DNA of 64,000 bases from an uncultured Candidatus Saccharibacteria bacterium (GCA_964644965.1 CAZXYN010000001.1:221556-285555), one strand, 5' to 3'; positions 38,606-48,184 are shown, counted from the stretch's first letter. Numbers and translations: made by a program. The notes: generated from the letters alone by a model not told the origin.

Positions 38606-40210
38606 TTAGTTGAGCCTCTTGTTGACCCTGTCTTCGCCCATAACTTGCTGGAGTTCATACAGATCTGGGGTACGACTTTTGCTTGTCAATTTCACTCTAA
38701 TAATCTTTGTGTAGTCACGCATATGTAAGCCTAATTCTTCGGCTCCTGCGCGGGTTTTTGCAAGCCAGTCCTCGGCTGTATCGCCGTAAGCATAGTCACT
38801 TAAGTAACGCAGCAGTGCTTTTTGAATTGTTTCATGGTCATAGTCGGCAAGCTCATTACCAATTCGTGCCGAAAAATCACTTCCAAATAACTCATCAAAG
38901 TAATATCCATACTGTTCGTAGGCATCCACCCATTTTGCCAAGTCTTTACGCGGCTTGTCACCGCTACGCTCTATAGACAAGACTTTGTTTGTGTATTGAC
39001 TATCGGTTTGCAGAGCCTGCTGGAAATCAGGCGAGGCGTGATCAAAAACCTGTTGGTCAAACTCGTCTTGTGGTAGGCGAGCAATGTAGTCACGGGCATA
39101 ATCTTCTAACTTGGCCATATCAAGCAGCGGAGCTCGGCTGGCGGCTAGTTTCTCTAGACTAACAGGGAAATCGTTTAGTGGCACGTCTGGGTTTGCACGG
39201 TACCAATCTTCGAAGTTCGAGTTGGCAAGACCTAGTAGGTAGGCCTTGATTGCTTCGACCGGGTAGCCGGCTTCTAGCCAGTAACGAACATCGGCTTCGT
39301 CGTCTTTTCGCTTTGATAATTTGCGCTTGCCACCTTCCTTGCCGATGATTGATATTGGTGCAAAATGCCCATAGACAAATGGTTCGTGACCGAGCGCCTG
39401 AGATAGTTCAATATGCAAGGCAGTTGACGGCAACCATTCATCACTACGGAATACTTTTGTGACCCGCATCAGATAGTCATCGACAACATGAGCTAGGTGG
39501 TAGGTCGGCAGGCGAGTCTCGTCAGACTTGATTAACGGCACGTCTAGGTCGTTTTCTGGGACGTCCATACCGCCTTTGAAAACATCGGTAAATTGAATCC
39601 GCTTATCATGTGAGCCTTCTGATCTGAATCGCAAGACGAACGGTTTGCCAGCATCGAGTGCGATACTAATTTCGCCCTCTGATTTTTGTCGCCACAGCGC
39701 CCAATCACCGTAGTAGCCAGGTCGAAGCTTCTTGGATTGTTGGTCTTTGACAGCTGCCTGGAGTTCTTCGGGTGTTGCGAAACATGGGTAGGCACGACCT
39801 TTCTTTAATAAGTCTATGGCGTAGCCCAAATAAATCGCTTGGCGTTGACTCTGAAAATAGGGTCCATAGGCAGCATCGCGGTCTGGACCTTCGTCGTAAC
39901 TAAGCCCAAAAGCCTGGAAGGCTTCAATGATTTGCTGAGTAGAGCCCTCTACCTCACGCTTTTTGTCGGTGTCTTCGATGCGCAGAATAAACACGCCTCC
40001 AGATTGATGGGCAATTCGTTCATTAACTAGCCCGGCATAAATAGTTCCGATGTGTACAAAGCCAGTCGGGCTTGGCGGTACACGCATGACTTCGGCGCCG
40101 CCTGCTAGGTCAACACGCTCAGCGTACTTTTGCTCGGCTTCACTACGATCCATGTAGCCGCTCGGCGCGATTAGCCCAATAAGTCGTTCTATGAGTTGTT
40201 CTGAATACAT
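38606..40210 (-). CDS. gltX: glutamate--tRNA ligase
   Basis: Class I motifs PSPTGFVHIGTIYAGL (HIGH) and KLSKRK (KMSKS). Confidence 0.85.
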   Translation of the reverse strand: MYSEQLIERLIGLIAPSGYMDRSEAEQKYAERVDLAGGAEVMRVPPSPTGFVHIGTIYAGLVNERIAHQSGGVFILRIEDTDKKREVEGSTQQIIEAFQAFGLSYDEGPDRDAAYGPYFQSQRQAIYLGYAIDLLKKGRAYPCFATPEELQAAVKDQQSKKLRPGYYGDWALWRQKSEGEISIALDAGKPFVLRFRSEGSHDKRIQFTDVFKGGMDVPENDLDVPLIKSDETRLPTYHLAHVVDDYLMRVTKVFRSDEWLPSTALHIELSQALGHEPFVYGHFAPISIIGKEGGKRKLSKRKDDEADVRYWLEAGYPVEAIKAYLLGLANSNFEDWYRANPDVPLNDFPVSLEKLAASRAPLLDMAKLEDYARDYIARLPQDEFDQQVFDHASPDFQQALQTDSQYTNKVLSIERSGDKPRKDLAKWVDAYEQYGYYFDELFGSDFSARIGNELADYDHETIQKALLRYLSDYAYGDTAEDWLAKTRAGAEELGLHMRDYTKIIRVKLTSKSRTPDLYELQQVMGEDRVNKRLN

Positions 40211-40294
40211 TTCCTACTGATTGTAACAGATAACGATATGGTTTGGCAGAAGGTAGCACTGAGCATAAGCATTGTGTTAAAATACGTCTCAAGT

Positions 40295-41557
40295 ATGGAT
40301 GAATTTGTTCGTCGGCCAAAAGGGCCCAAAATTAATCTTGATTCAAATCCAACACCTCCAGAAGAAGTGGTGCCTTCCGAAGCACCTCTACAAGTAGTAC
40401 CTGAGCCAGTAGAAGCAAATGAAAAGCTGGAGGCAGCCGCTCCAACGCCAAGTGTTTCAAAAGCACCCAAACCAAAGAAATCAAAGTTTTCGTTCAATCC
40501 GAAGAATTTCAAAGTTCCAACCCCAAAGACCAAAAAACAGTGGATTATTGCTGGGGTTGTTATGGCACTACTATTAGGATTGGCTTCGTACGCGGTTTAT
40601 TACTTTATTATTCGTGATGATTCACCTCCAGTTGTACAGATGGAACCGGAGCCGGAGCCAGAAGCCGAGCCAGAGCCGATTCTAAGCACCGTCACTGGTA
40701 GAGAGGTTACGGCAGAGATTAACGAGCGTCCTGTTTACGCAGTCCAGATAGAGAACAGCCCGGAAGCTCGCCCGCAATCAGGTCTTATGGAAGCCGATAT
40801 TGTATCCGAAGCCATCGCCGAAGGTGGCATTACGCGCTTCAACGCTATATTCCATGACAACATACCAGCCAACATCGGTCCAATTAGGAGCCTACGACCG
40901 TATTATATTGACTGGTTCTTGCCGTATGACGCCGCGATTGTTCATGCTGGTGGTTCTGGCGAAGCTCTTAGCGACGTGCGGACACTCAATATCAAGGACG
41001 TAGACAACGGCGCTGGCGGTATATTTAGACGCGTTAGCCAGCGTTACTCGCCGCACAACTTGTATTCTACCGGCTCTCAGGCACTTGATTTGATGAGACA
41101 GCGAGGCTACAGCTCAAAATTCACAGGTCTACCACGGAAAGAAGCTGCGCCAGCCACAACCCCAACAGCCGGTAATATCTCGCTACGAATTTCTAGCGGT
41201 CTATACAATGTTGGTTTTGTATACGACCCAACCACCAACAAATACCTGCGTTCGCAGGGTGGAGGGGCACACGTCGATGCCGAATCCGGCAAGCAATTGT
41301 CACCAGATGTTGTTGTCGTACCAATCATGTCCAGGTCAACTCACCCAGACCGTGTCCACACCCAATACGGCAGTGTTGGATCAGGCAAGGTCTACGTATT
41401 CCAAGACGGTGTCGTTACAGAAGGCACTTGGACCAAAGCCGCTCGCAACGCTCAGTGGAAACTGACCGACGCTGCTGGCAAACCGATAGAACTCAATCCC
41501 GGCCAAACCTGGTTCAGCATGGTGGAATCAGCTGACAGGGTAAGCTACACACCATGA
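40295..41557 (+). CDS. DUF3048-family protein with TM anchor and Pro/Glu-rich linker
   Basis: ENSPEARPQSGLMEADIVSEAIAEGGITRFNAIFH is typical of DUF3048; start placed at the MDEFVRR Met. Confidence 0.7.
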   Translation: MDEFVRRPKGPKINLDSNPTPPEEVVPSEAPLQVVPEPVEANEKLEAAAPTPSVSKAPKPKKSKFSFNPKNFKVPTPKTKKQWIIAGVVMALLLGLASYAVYYFIIRDDSPPVVQMEPEPEPEAEPEPILSTVTGREVTAEINERPVYAVQIENSPEARPQSGLMEADIVSEAIAEGGITRFNAIFHDNIPANIGPIRSLRPYYIDWFLPYDAAIVHAGGSGEALSDVRTLNIKDVDNGAGGIFRRVSQRYSPHNLYSTGSQALDLMRQRGYSSKFTGLPRKEAAPATTPTAGNISLRISSGLYNVGFVYDPTTNKYLRSQGGGAHVDAESGKQLSPDVVVVPIMSRSTHPDRVHTQYGSVGSGKVYVFQDGVVTEGTWTKAARNAQWKLTDAAGKPIELNPGQTWFSMVESADRVSYTP

Positions 41558-41663
41558 ATCTCGTTACACTCCTGAGTATTGTTAATGTGTTTTCTACGGT
41601 TGAAGACCCGAATATTTCACTTTGTACATCTAGTTATTCGAACAATATGTGGAGTGTAACGGG

Positions 41664-43205
41664 ATGAACCACTTTAATAAGTTCAAACAACGCTTAGCAA
41701 TACAGATGTTCTTGGCTATATCGCTCCCTGGTATTGTTGGTATTGTTTCCTACGCTTTGCTGCGTGAGATGGCTGAGTTTGATGTTTTACTGGCATCACT
41801 GAGCGCTGCCACGATATACCTTGTTGCTGTGTGTTTGGCTTATTTTGGACTGTTTAAGACCAGCATCCAGCCACTAGAGATGGTTTGGCAGGCAATCTGG
41901 CATGTCAGCCCGGGCAAATCAGACGTACCACCGCCAAATCTACAGGCCATCAGAATTGGCCACGACCTAGTAAATGCTATGGTGGCACAAGTCTACGAGC
42001 TGGCGAGCACAACTCCATCACTAGTAAACTCTGCTAGCCCAAAGAGTGAACAGCCATTGCCAGACGAGAATCAGCTGCTCGAATCAATCCCTTTGGCGCT
42101 GTTTGTGCTTGATAAAGATTGGAAGATTAAGCACGCCAATACTTCGGCCTGTGCGTACGTAGAACTAGAGCGAGAAAAGGTTGTTGGCAAGGGCGTTTAT
42201 GATGTACTGCATCTAGCTTTCGACAGCGAAGACACGCTAGATAGCTGGCTCAAAGAATCTAGTGAAAACCGCGCCACAGACAGCCATACCTGGCAACACG
42301 TGAAGCTCAATATCGGCGGCAAAGACTCAAAATTATTCGATCTTGCAGCGTCATACAGCAAAGACAGCAGCAACGGAAACGAAGTTGTTCTGGCACTATT
42401 CGGCAGGGGTGATACTTACTCAGTACAGGAACAAGCCACCAGCTACGTGGCGATGGCCGTTCATGAGCTACGCACACCACTAACAATGCTGCGTGGTTAT
42501 ATTGAATTATTCGAGGACGAGCTAGGCGACCAGCTCAGCCCAGAGCATCAGGAATTTATGCGCAAGATGAGCGTTGCAGCCCAGAACCTTGCAGCGTTTG
42601 TTAGTAACATTCTCAACGTCGCTCGTATCGACGAGGATCAATTTGTGCTGACTCTGCACGAAGATAATTGGGACAAAGTCCTCCACGAAATCATTGATAG
42701 CCTAAATATTCGAGCTCAGGTAAAGGGCAAGATTTTGCATCTAGACATTGCACCAGACCTACCAAAGGTCGGCATCGACAAGATCAGCATGTACGAAGTC
42801 GTTAACAACCTCGTAGATAATGCCATCAAATACGGTGGACAGAATCCCGACATCGTAATTAGCGCCAAAGTTGGCAAAGAAGGCATGGTAGAGACAACTG
42901 TAGAGGATCACGGAGCCGGTATGCCAGATAATGTCATCAGTGGGCTATTCACCAAATACTACCGCTCACACCGCTCCAAAAATGCTGTCAGTGGTAGTGG
43001 ACTAGGCTTGTACCTGGTTAAGACCATTGTCACCGCTCATGGCGGAAATGTTTGGGTACAGAGCAAGGAAGGCCAGGGCACTACCTTTGGCTTTAGCATC
43101 CAGCCTTACGACCAGATTAACGATGAGGACAAGACAGGTACACAGGATGGAATCGAAAGACAGGCTAGCGGCTGGATCAAAAATCATTCACTATATAGAA
43201 GGTAA
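41664..43205 (+). CDS. sensor histidine kinase (TM, PAS-like, HisKA, HATPase)
   Basis: H-box AVHELRTPLTMLRGY; N-box VVNNLVDNAIKYG; G-boxes DHGAGM and GSGLGLYLV; ATG 41664 is preceded by GGAG. Confidence 0.85.
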   Translation: MNHFNKFKQRLAIQMFLAISLPGIVGIVSYALLREMAEFDVLLASLSAATIYLVAVCLAYFGLFKTSIQPLEMVWQAIWHVSPGKSDVPPPNLQAIRIGHDLVNAMVAQVYELASTTPSLVNSASPKSEQPLPDENQLLESIPLALFVLDKDWKIKHANTSACAYVELEREKVVGKGVYDVLHLAFDSEDTLDSWLKESSENRATDSHTWQHVKLNIGGKDSKLFDLAASYSKDSSNGNEVVLALFGRGDTYSVQEQATSYVAMAVHELRTPLTMLRGYIELFEDELGDQLSPEHQEFMRKMSVAAQNLAAFVSNILNVARIDEDQFVLTLHEDNWDKVLHEIIDSLNIRAQVKGKILHLDIAPDLPKVGIDKISMYEVVNNLVDNAIKYGGQNPDIVISAKVGKEGMVETTVEDHGAGMPDNVISGLFTKYYRSHRSKNAVSGSGLGLYLVKTIVTAHGGNVWVQSKEGQGTTFGFSIQPYDQINDEDKTGTQDGIERQASGWIKNHSLYRR

Positions 43206-43208
43206 ATC

Positions 43209-43616
43209 ATGGTAGATGTAGTAACAGAATTAGAACCAACCAAAGCAAAAAAGATTCTCTGTATAGAGGATGAATACTTTATTAGCGAATTATACGAACG
43301 TGCTCTCAAAAAAGCTGGTTATGACGTCACAACTGCATTAAACGGCACAGATGGTTTACAGATAGCTCAGACAAACAGCTACGACCTGGTGCTGCTAGAT
43401 TTGATGGTACCGGGCATGACTGGTATGGAAATCCTACGTATCCTGCGCGATCAGCAAAAATCACCAGGTTTTCATGGCAAGATTATTATCACCACCAATC
43501 TAGATCAAGACGACGAAACTAGAGCCGAGGTAGAAAGCCAAGCTGACGGCTATCTAATCAAAGCCGCGATTACACCAAAAGAGCTGGTAAATTTCGTAAA
43601 TAAACTTGCTGCCTAG
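43209..43616 (+). CDS. single-domain (CheY-like) response regulator
   Basis: KILCIEDEYF...DLVLLDLMVPGMTG...LIKAAITPKELV; no output domain. Confidence 0.85.
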   Translation: MVDVVTELEPTKAKKILCIEDEYFISELYERALKKAGYDVTTALNGTDGLQIAQTNSYDLVLLDLMVPGMTGMEILRILRDQQKSPGFHGKIIITTNLDQDDETRAEVESQADGYLIKAAITPKELVNFVNKLAA

Positions 43617-43657
43617 ACAATCCACCTCTGTTATGGTAGTATTTAGCAGTTCATCAC

Positions 43658-43690
43658 GGCCTCATACTTTGTATGAGCCACAAATTTTTC
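43658..43690 (+). terminator. intrinsic terminator candidate
   Basis: GGCCTCATAC-ttt-GTATGAGCC (1-nt bulge) followed by ACAAATTTTT. Confidence 0.5.
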
Positions 43691-43738
43691 GGCTATGGGC
43701 AAAAATGTAAACACTTTTGCTGGTACCACTCAAAATTT

Positions 43739-43813
43739 GGCCTCATCGTCTAACGGTTAGGACATCAGGTTCTCATCCTGGCAATCGGGGTTCGATTCCC
43801 CGTGAGGTCACCA
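43739..43813 (+). tRNA. tRNA-Glu (anticodon CUC)
   Basis: GGCCTCA acceptor, D-arm GTCTAACGGTTAGGAC, anticodon loop TTCTCAT, T-arm CGGGGTTCGATTCCCCG, TGAGGTC-A-CCA encoded. Confidence 0.9.
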
Positions 43814-43821
43814 AATTAAGC

Positions 43822-43845
43822 ACGTCAGCCTAGCTGGCGTTTTTA
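43822..43845 (+). terminator. intrinsic terminator after tRNA-Glu
   Basis: ACGTCAGC-cta-GCTGGCGT (one G-U pair) followed by TTTT. Confidence 0.6.
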
Positions 43846-43881
43846 ATTTGGTAAATTCTTGAGAGTCGAAGTACGATTGCC

Positions 43882-43998
43882 ACAATCGGGTGAGGTCTGC
43901 CAGTGGCAGGCCGCAAGGAAACCTTCCGATGGCAACTGGTTGCCAATAGAGAAGTTTCGGGCTCGCCGAAGGTGAGTCGATTCCCCGTGAGGTTACCA
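43882..43998 (+). repeat. two degenerate partial copies of the tRNA-Glu 3' end
   Basis: 43977-43998 TCGATTCCCCGTGAGGTTACCA matches tRNA 43792-43813 at 21/22; 43882-43897 CAATCGGGTGAGGTC equals the tRNA 3' part with the T-loop deleted. Confidence 0.85.
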
Positions 43999-44028
43999 CG
44001 CAAAAGCTCTTCTACTGGAGGGCTTCTT

Positions 44029-44052
44029 GCTTTTTTGCTTTTTTGCTTTTTT
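44029..44052. repeat. tandem repeat (GCTTTTTT)x3
   Basis: gcttttttgcttttttgctttttt, preceded by a degenerate gcttctt. Confidence 0.9.
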
Positions 44053-44118
44053 ATGTAATAATTAATATACTTTTAGGAAATTCTTAGGGGTGTACCTTCA
44101 ACCATCGGGAGAGAACTA

Positions 44119-44535
44119 ATGAATAACTTTACGCTTAGCAGGACGATCGACGAACAAGGATCTATTTTTGCAGGAATTGCTGCTTTTGGGTTTGCGGCAA
44201 TTGGGTTTATTGCGGCCTCTTATCCATCAGCACTACTGGTCATGCATGGGGCGGATGAGAAGATGGGCTTTATGATAGCAGTATTTCTGGTGCTGGGATG
44301 TATTTTCACCTACTCAGTGGTCCACGTAACTTTCTGTACTTTCTATAACTGGCTTGCAGCCAGTGAATCAAAAGGTGCTTTGATTCTTGGGGTACCCTTG
44401 GGCGCAATCGTCGGAGTGGGGATGGGAGTAATGACGATAGCAGTAATACTCTTCGTCGTTGCTGTATATCTCGCAGTCATCGCGTTCTGCGCGCTTCTTG
44501 CGGGTATTGTCGTCATGGGTTTCTTCTCCGACTAG
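44119..44535 (+). CDS. hypothetical polytopic membrane protein
   Basis: 138 aa, four hydrophobic segments; GGGAGAG lies upstream of the ATG. Confidence 0.55.
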   Translation: MNNFTLSRTIDEQGSIFAGIAAFGFAAIGFIAASYPSALLVMHGADEKMGFMIAVFLVLGCIFTYSVVHVTFCTFYNWLAASESKGALILGVPLGAIVGVGMGVMTIAVILFVVAVYLAVIAFCALLAGIVVMGFFSD

Positions 44536-44667
44536 GAGGCATGATTTTGAGAAAGCTACCTTTCTCTTTCATCGCCTCCGCAACTTCTATGAATGTGTTT
44601 CATACTGATGAGCCCGGAAGGACGAAAAGTTGCAGGTTTTGTAAACTATTTTTAGATAAAAGTTAAG

Positions 44668-44725
44668 GGCCGCGATGCTGACAGGAGTTTCCGGGTAGGA
44701 AACAACATCTGTCAGCATCGCGGCC
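44668..44725. terminator. bidirectional terminator / 17-bp perfect inverted repeat
   Basis: GGCCGCGATGCTGACAG (44668-44684) / CTGTCAGCATCGCGGCC (44709-44725), between convergent genes. Confidence 0.6.
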
Positions 44726-44732
44726 AGGTTCT

Positions 44733-45356
44733 TCAGGGTGTTGCTGGTTCGAGTTGATGACGTTGCCGGTATCGGCGATATTGCATTTCCAATGCACCCA
44801 CGCTGACCCCAATCACGTTGAACGCGAAATGAAGCTGTACGGCTTGAGCGAGTCCCTCGTAAAGGAACACCAATCCGTAGATGAATCCAGTCAGAAACAA
44901 TGCAACCACTGTCTTGAGTTTCACCATCATAAGTAGGTGCGCTACTGCGAATATTAGACTCCACAGAATCACGCTAACCATGTCAGTGACTACCCACTCA
45001 CGGAATATCAACTCCTCATAGGCCGCGAACGCTGGTAGCGTGAACAGCAAGACCGATGCATACAAGACACACCACAAAGGGTGCAGCATCATCGGTTCCT
45101 CGACTAGGCTTTCACGAGGTGCTTCTTTCTTGAAGAGGGTGCCCAGCCACCACTCTGACCACTCGAACCGCAGCTGTACGAAATACCTTACAGCCATGAT
45201 TGTCGCCATGACCAACAGTGCTCCCGCGAACAACTTGTAGTCGAGACTTTCTCGCCAGACAAGCAGGTTGAATTCGCGATAGTGGTAGGCCGGGTGCGTC
45301 ACAAGCGCCAACATGACGACGGCAAGAACCCACTTCCAGTTCATTCTCTGTGCCAT
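44733..45356 (-). CDS. CPBP-family (CAAX/Abi-like) intramembrane metalloprotease
   Basis: Motifs EELIFRE, FAVAH, HFAFN in a polytopic protein; start placed at the MAQRMNW ATG (45354-45356), 6 nt after GGAGGT. Confidence 0.75.
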   Translation of the reverse strand: MAQRMNWKWVLAVVMLALVTHPAYHYREFNLLVWRESLDYKLFAGALLVMATIMAVRYFVQLRFEWSEWWLGTLFKKEAPRESLVEEPMMLHPLWCVLYASVLLFTLPAFAAYEELIFREWVVTDMVSVILWSLIFAVAHLLMMVKLKTVVALFLTGFIYGLVFLYEGLAQAVQLHFAFNVIGVSVGALEMQYRRYRQRHQLEPATP

Positions 45357-45516
45357 GTCAGCACCTCCATGTGTTTGAATGAGCATTTCTTGAAGAACTA
45401 CGACAATCTTCTCAGACAATTGCAAGTTAAACAAAAGCGCTTTAACCATGGTTCATCTTACGTAAACATACCGCTTACGCTATAATGTTCTCTATAAATC
45501 ATAAGCAGAAAGCTCA

Positions 45517-46836
45517 GTGGCACCATATCTAGTAATCAGTTTGGCGGGCGTTGTTGTCGTAGTGGTCATTGCTATGCTGCTTCTGAGATCCCAAAAATCT
45601 GGTAGTCAAAACAAAGGTGGTAAAGCCAGCGCATTGGCTAGCAATCTCAGCAACGAAAAGATGAAGTCAGAAATTATCCTGAACTCCATCGGTGACGGTG
45701 TAATCCTACTAGACAGTGAGCAAAACATCCAGCTGTTCAACCCAGCAGCCGGTCGAATCACCGGCTGGGATCCAAAAGAAGCAGTTGGCATCAGCGTTAA
45801 AAGTGTACTGCTATTACACAATGACAAAGCCGAACCATATCTAGAGAACGAAACACCATTCTACCGTGCTTTCAACGAAAAAACCGCCATACAGGACCGT
45901 ACGTCTAACCTAATGACCAAAGGCAAAGCTGTTATTTCACTAGATATATCAGCTACGCCGCTACTAGATCAAGACGGCGATGTTTTTGGCGCCGCTGTGG
46001 TGTTCCGCGACGTTAGTGAGCAGCGCAAGGAAGAAGCTCAGCGAGCAGACTTCATCAGTACCGCTAGCCATGAAATGCGCACACCCGTAGCCGCAATCGA
46101 AGGCTATCTGTCATTAGCACTCAACGACAAAGTCAGCAAAATTGACGACAAAGCCCGAGGTTTCCTAGACAAAGCTCACGACAGCACCAAGCACCTTGGC
46201 AAGCTGTTCCAGGATCTACTAACCAGTGCCAAGGCTGAGGACGGCCGCTTAACCAACCATCCCGTCGTAGTCGAAATGGGTCAATTCCTAACAAGTCTAA
46301 CAGACGCGCTAAAATTCAGTGCCGAGTCGCGCGGGCTTGGTATTGAGTTTGTGCTCGGTGCTCAGGGCAGTGTGATTGACGCTAGCGATACCAGCACTAT
46401 CAAACCATTGTATTACGTACTGGTAGACGCCGATCGTCTGCGTGAAGTCATCACAAATATCTTCGACAACGCCGTCAAATACACCGAGAGCGGCAAGGTT
46501 AGCCTAGGACTAACTGGCGATGACTCGGTGGTCCAAATCCGTGTACAGGACACTGGTCCAGGTATTCCGGCCGAAGACATTCCTCACTTGTTCCAGAAAT
46601 TCTACCGTGTAGATAATTCAGCCACCCGTACCATCGGTGGCACTGGGCTAGGGCTATTCATCTGCCGCAAAATTGTCGAGCTATACCACGGCCGAATTTG
46701 GGTAGAAAGCCAAGTCGGCAGTGGTAGTACTTTCTATATCAACCTACCTAGACTCAGCAGCGCCCAGGCCGCCGAACACCAAAAACAAGAATCATCCAGA
46801 CTCCCTGAACTTTCCGCTTCAGACACCAAACTTTGA
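45517..46836 (+). CDS. sensor histidine kinase (TM, PAS, HisKA, HATPase)
   Basis: GTG start; PAS-like ILNSIGDGVILLD; H-box SHEMRTPVAAIEGY; NAVKYT; DTGPGI; GTGLGLFICRKIV. Confidence 0.85.
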   Translation: MAPYLVISLAGVVVVVVIAMLLLRSQKSGSQNKGGKASALASNLSNEKMKSEIILNSIGDGVILLDSEQNIQLFNPAAGRITGWDPKEAVGISVKSVLLLHNDKAEPYLENETPFYRAFNEKTAIQDRTSNLMTKGKAVISLDISATPLLDQDGDVFGAAVVFRDVSEQRKEEAQRADFISTASHEMRTPVAAIEGYLSLALNDKVSKIDDKARGFLDKAHDSTKHLGKLFQDLLTSAKAEDGRLTNHPVVVEMGQFLTSLTDALKFSAESRGLGIEFVLGAQGSVIDASDTSTIKPLYYVLVDADRLREVITNIFDNAVKYTESGKVSLGLTGDDSVVQIRVQDTGPGIPAEDIPHLFQKFYRVDNSATRTIGGTGLGLFICRKIVELYHGRIWVESQVGSGSTFYINLPRLSSAQAAEHQKQESSRLPELSASDTKL

Positions 46837-46930
46837 ACAGATACAGTACCCTAGACTGTTAATCATAAATAACCGTGATACAATACAAGCCATAAGCACA
46901 TTATGAACATAAAACGAGGGAAATAGTTAC

Positions 46931-48184
46931 ATGGCAAAAATAATGCTCGTCGAAGACGACAACAACCTGCGCGAAATATACGAAGCGCGTTTGCTGGCAG
47001 AGGGTCATGAGATTATTTCGGCACATGATGGTGAAGAAGCATTGGCACTTGCTGTCAAAGAAAAGCCTGAACTAATTATCTCCGATGTCATGATGCCAAA
47101 AATCAGCGGCTTTGACATGCTCGACATCCTACGTAGCTCACCAGAGACCAAACACACCAAAGTCATCATGATGACAGCGCTGTCACAGCTAGAGGATAAA
47201 GAACGTGCTGACAGACTTGGTGCCGATAGATATCTTGTTAAATCACAAGTAACGCTAGAGGATGTCATTCGCGTCGCCCGCGAAGTCCTAGAAGGACCTG
47301 GTGCCACAGAAACAAATAATAGTGCAACCGAACCAATTGCGCCGATAGGAGGAATAACCACCGATATGCCACCAACAGCACCTAATCCAGAACCAGAACA
47401 AACTCCACTGCAGCCAGCTGCTGACATGCCAGTCGCACAACCTCCAGCGGACGATGCTTCACAAGCTCCTGTCGAGCCAGCCGCTCCGGCAGCTGATCCT
47501 AGTGCTCAGCCTCTAGTAGATACTCCTGAGCCAGCAGCTGCAGAACCAGTTGTCGAGCCAGCTCCAACCGAGCCGGTTTTAGAAACACCAGCTGAGCCTG
47601 TTGCTCCTGAGACGCCAGTAGAGACTCCAGCTCCAGAGGCACCTGTAGAAACTCCAACCGAGCCACAAATCGAAAACGCTCAGACTAGCAGTGACGAGCT
47701 TAGCACCGTTGAGTCTCAGATTAATGATTTTGTTGCTAATAGTTCTGGAGAGCCAGCCGCTCCGGTTGCTCCGGTTATTACAGAAGCGCCCGTCGAACCA
47801 TCAACTTCAGATGGCTTCGTAACAGAACCTACACCAGTAGAGGTTCCTGCCGAACCAGTCGTAGATACACCGGTAGATGTACCTGAGACGCCAGTAGAGG
47901 CTCCAGTCGAAACACAGTCAGAACCCGCTGCACCCGAGACAGAATCTCCAGTCCTTGATGCCCCTAGTGCAAACAAGCGAACCATTCAGCCGCTTGGTGA
48001 CCCAACAGCAACCCCAGACCTAGAAGCGCTGGCTGCCAAAGAAGCCGAAAAAGAAGCTGCTCAACAGATTATGACTGACGCCGCTAACGCAGCAAGTCCA
48101 GCGCCGCAGCCAGCCCCAGAAGCTCCAGCTGAACCTACCAGCTCGGACAACAAGCCAAACGATCCAAACGCCATTGCGCTCTAA
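46931..48184 (+). CDS. response-regulator receiver domain fused to a ~290-aa Pro/Ala/Glu/Thr/Val-rich low-complexity tail
   Basis: KIMLVEDDNNLREIYE...LIISDVMMPKISGFD...YLVKS receiver domain; then PEPEQTPLQPAADMPVAQPPADD...PVETPAPEAPVETP repeats. Confidence 0.8.
   Translation: MAKIMLVEDDNNLREIYEARLLAEGHEIISAHDGEEALALAVKEKPELIISDVMMPKISGFDMLDILRSSPETKHTKVIMMTALSQLEDKERADRLGADRYLVKSQVTLEDVIRVAREVLEGPGATETNNSATEPIAPIGGITTDMPPTAPNPEPEQTPLQPAADMPVAQPPADDASQAPVEPAAPAADPSAQPLVDTPEPAAAEPVVEPAPTEPVLETPAEPVAPETPVETPAPEAPVETPTEPQIENAQTSSDELSTVESQINDFVANSSGEPAAPVAPVITEAPVEPSTSDGFVTEPTPVEVPAEPVVDTPVDVPETPVEAPVETQSEPAAPETESPVLDAPSANKRTIQPLGDPTATPDLEALAAKEAEKEAAQQIMTDAANAASPAPQPAPEAPAEPTSSDNKPNDPNAIAL

Noticed and set aside
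40189-40533. 114-aa minus-strand ORF
   Set aside because: It overlaps the gltX start and is antisense to the DUF3048 gene's low-complexity N-terminus. Its product is Gly/Ser/Thr-rich low complexity.
43808-43999. 63-aa minus-strand ORF after tRNA-Glu
   Set aside because: It overlaps the tRNA 3' end, its terminator and the degenerate tRNA-fragment copies. It is non-coding scar DNA.
47005-47985. Minus-strand ORFs of 140 aa and 89 aa inside the response-regulator gene
   Set aside because: They are antisense to the receiver domain and the Pro/Ala/Glu-rich tail. GC-rich repetitive coding DNA lacks stops on the opposite strand. The products are Ser/Gly/Thr low complexity.
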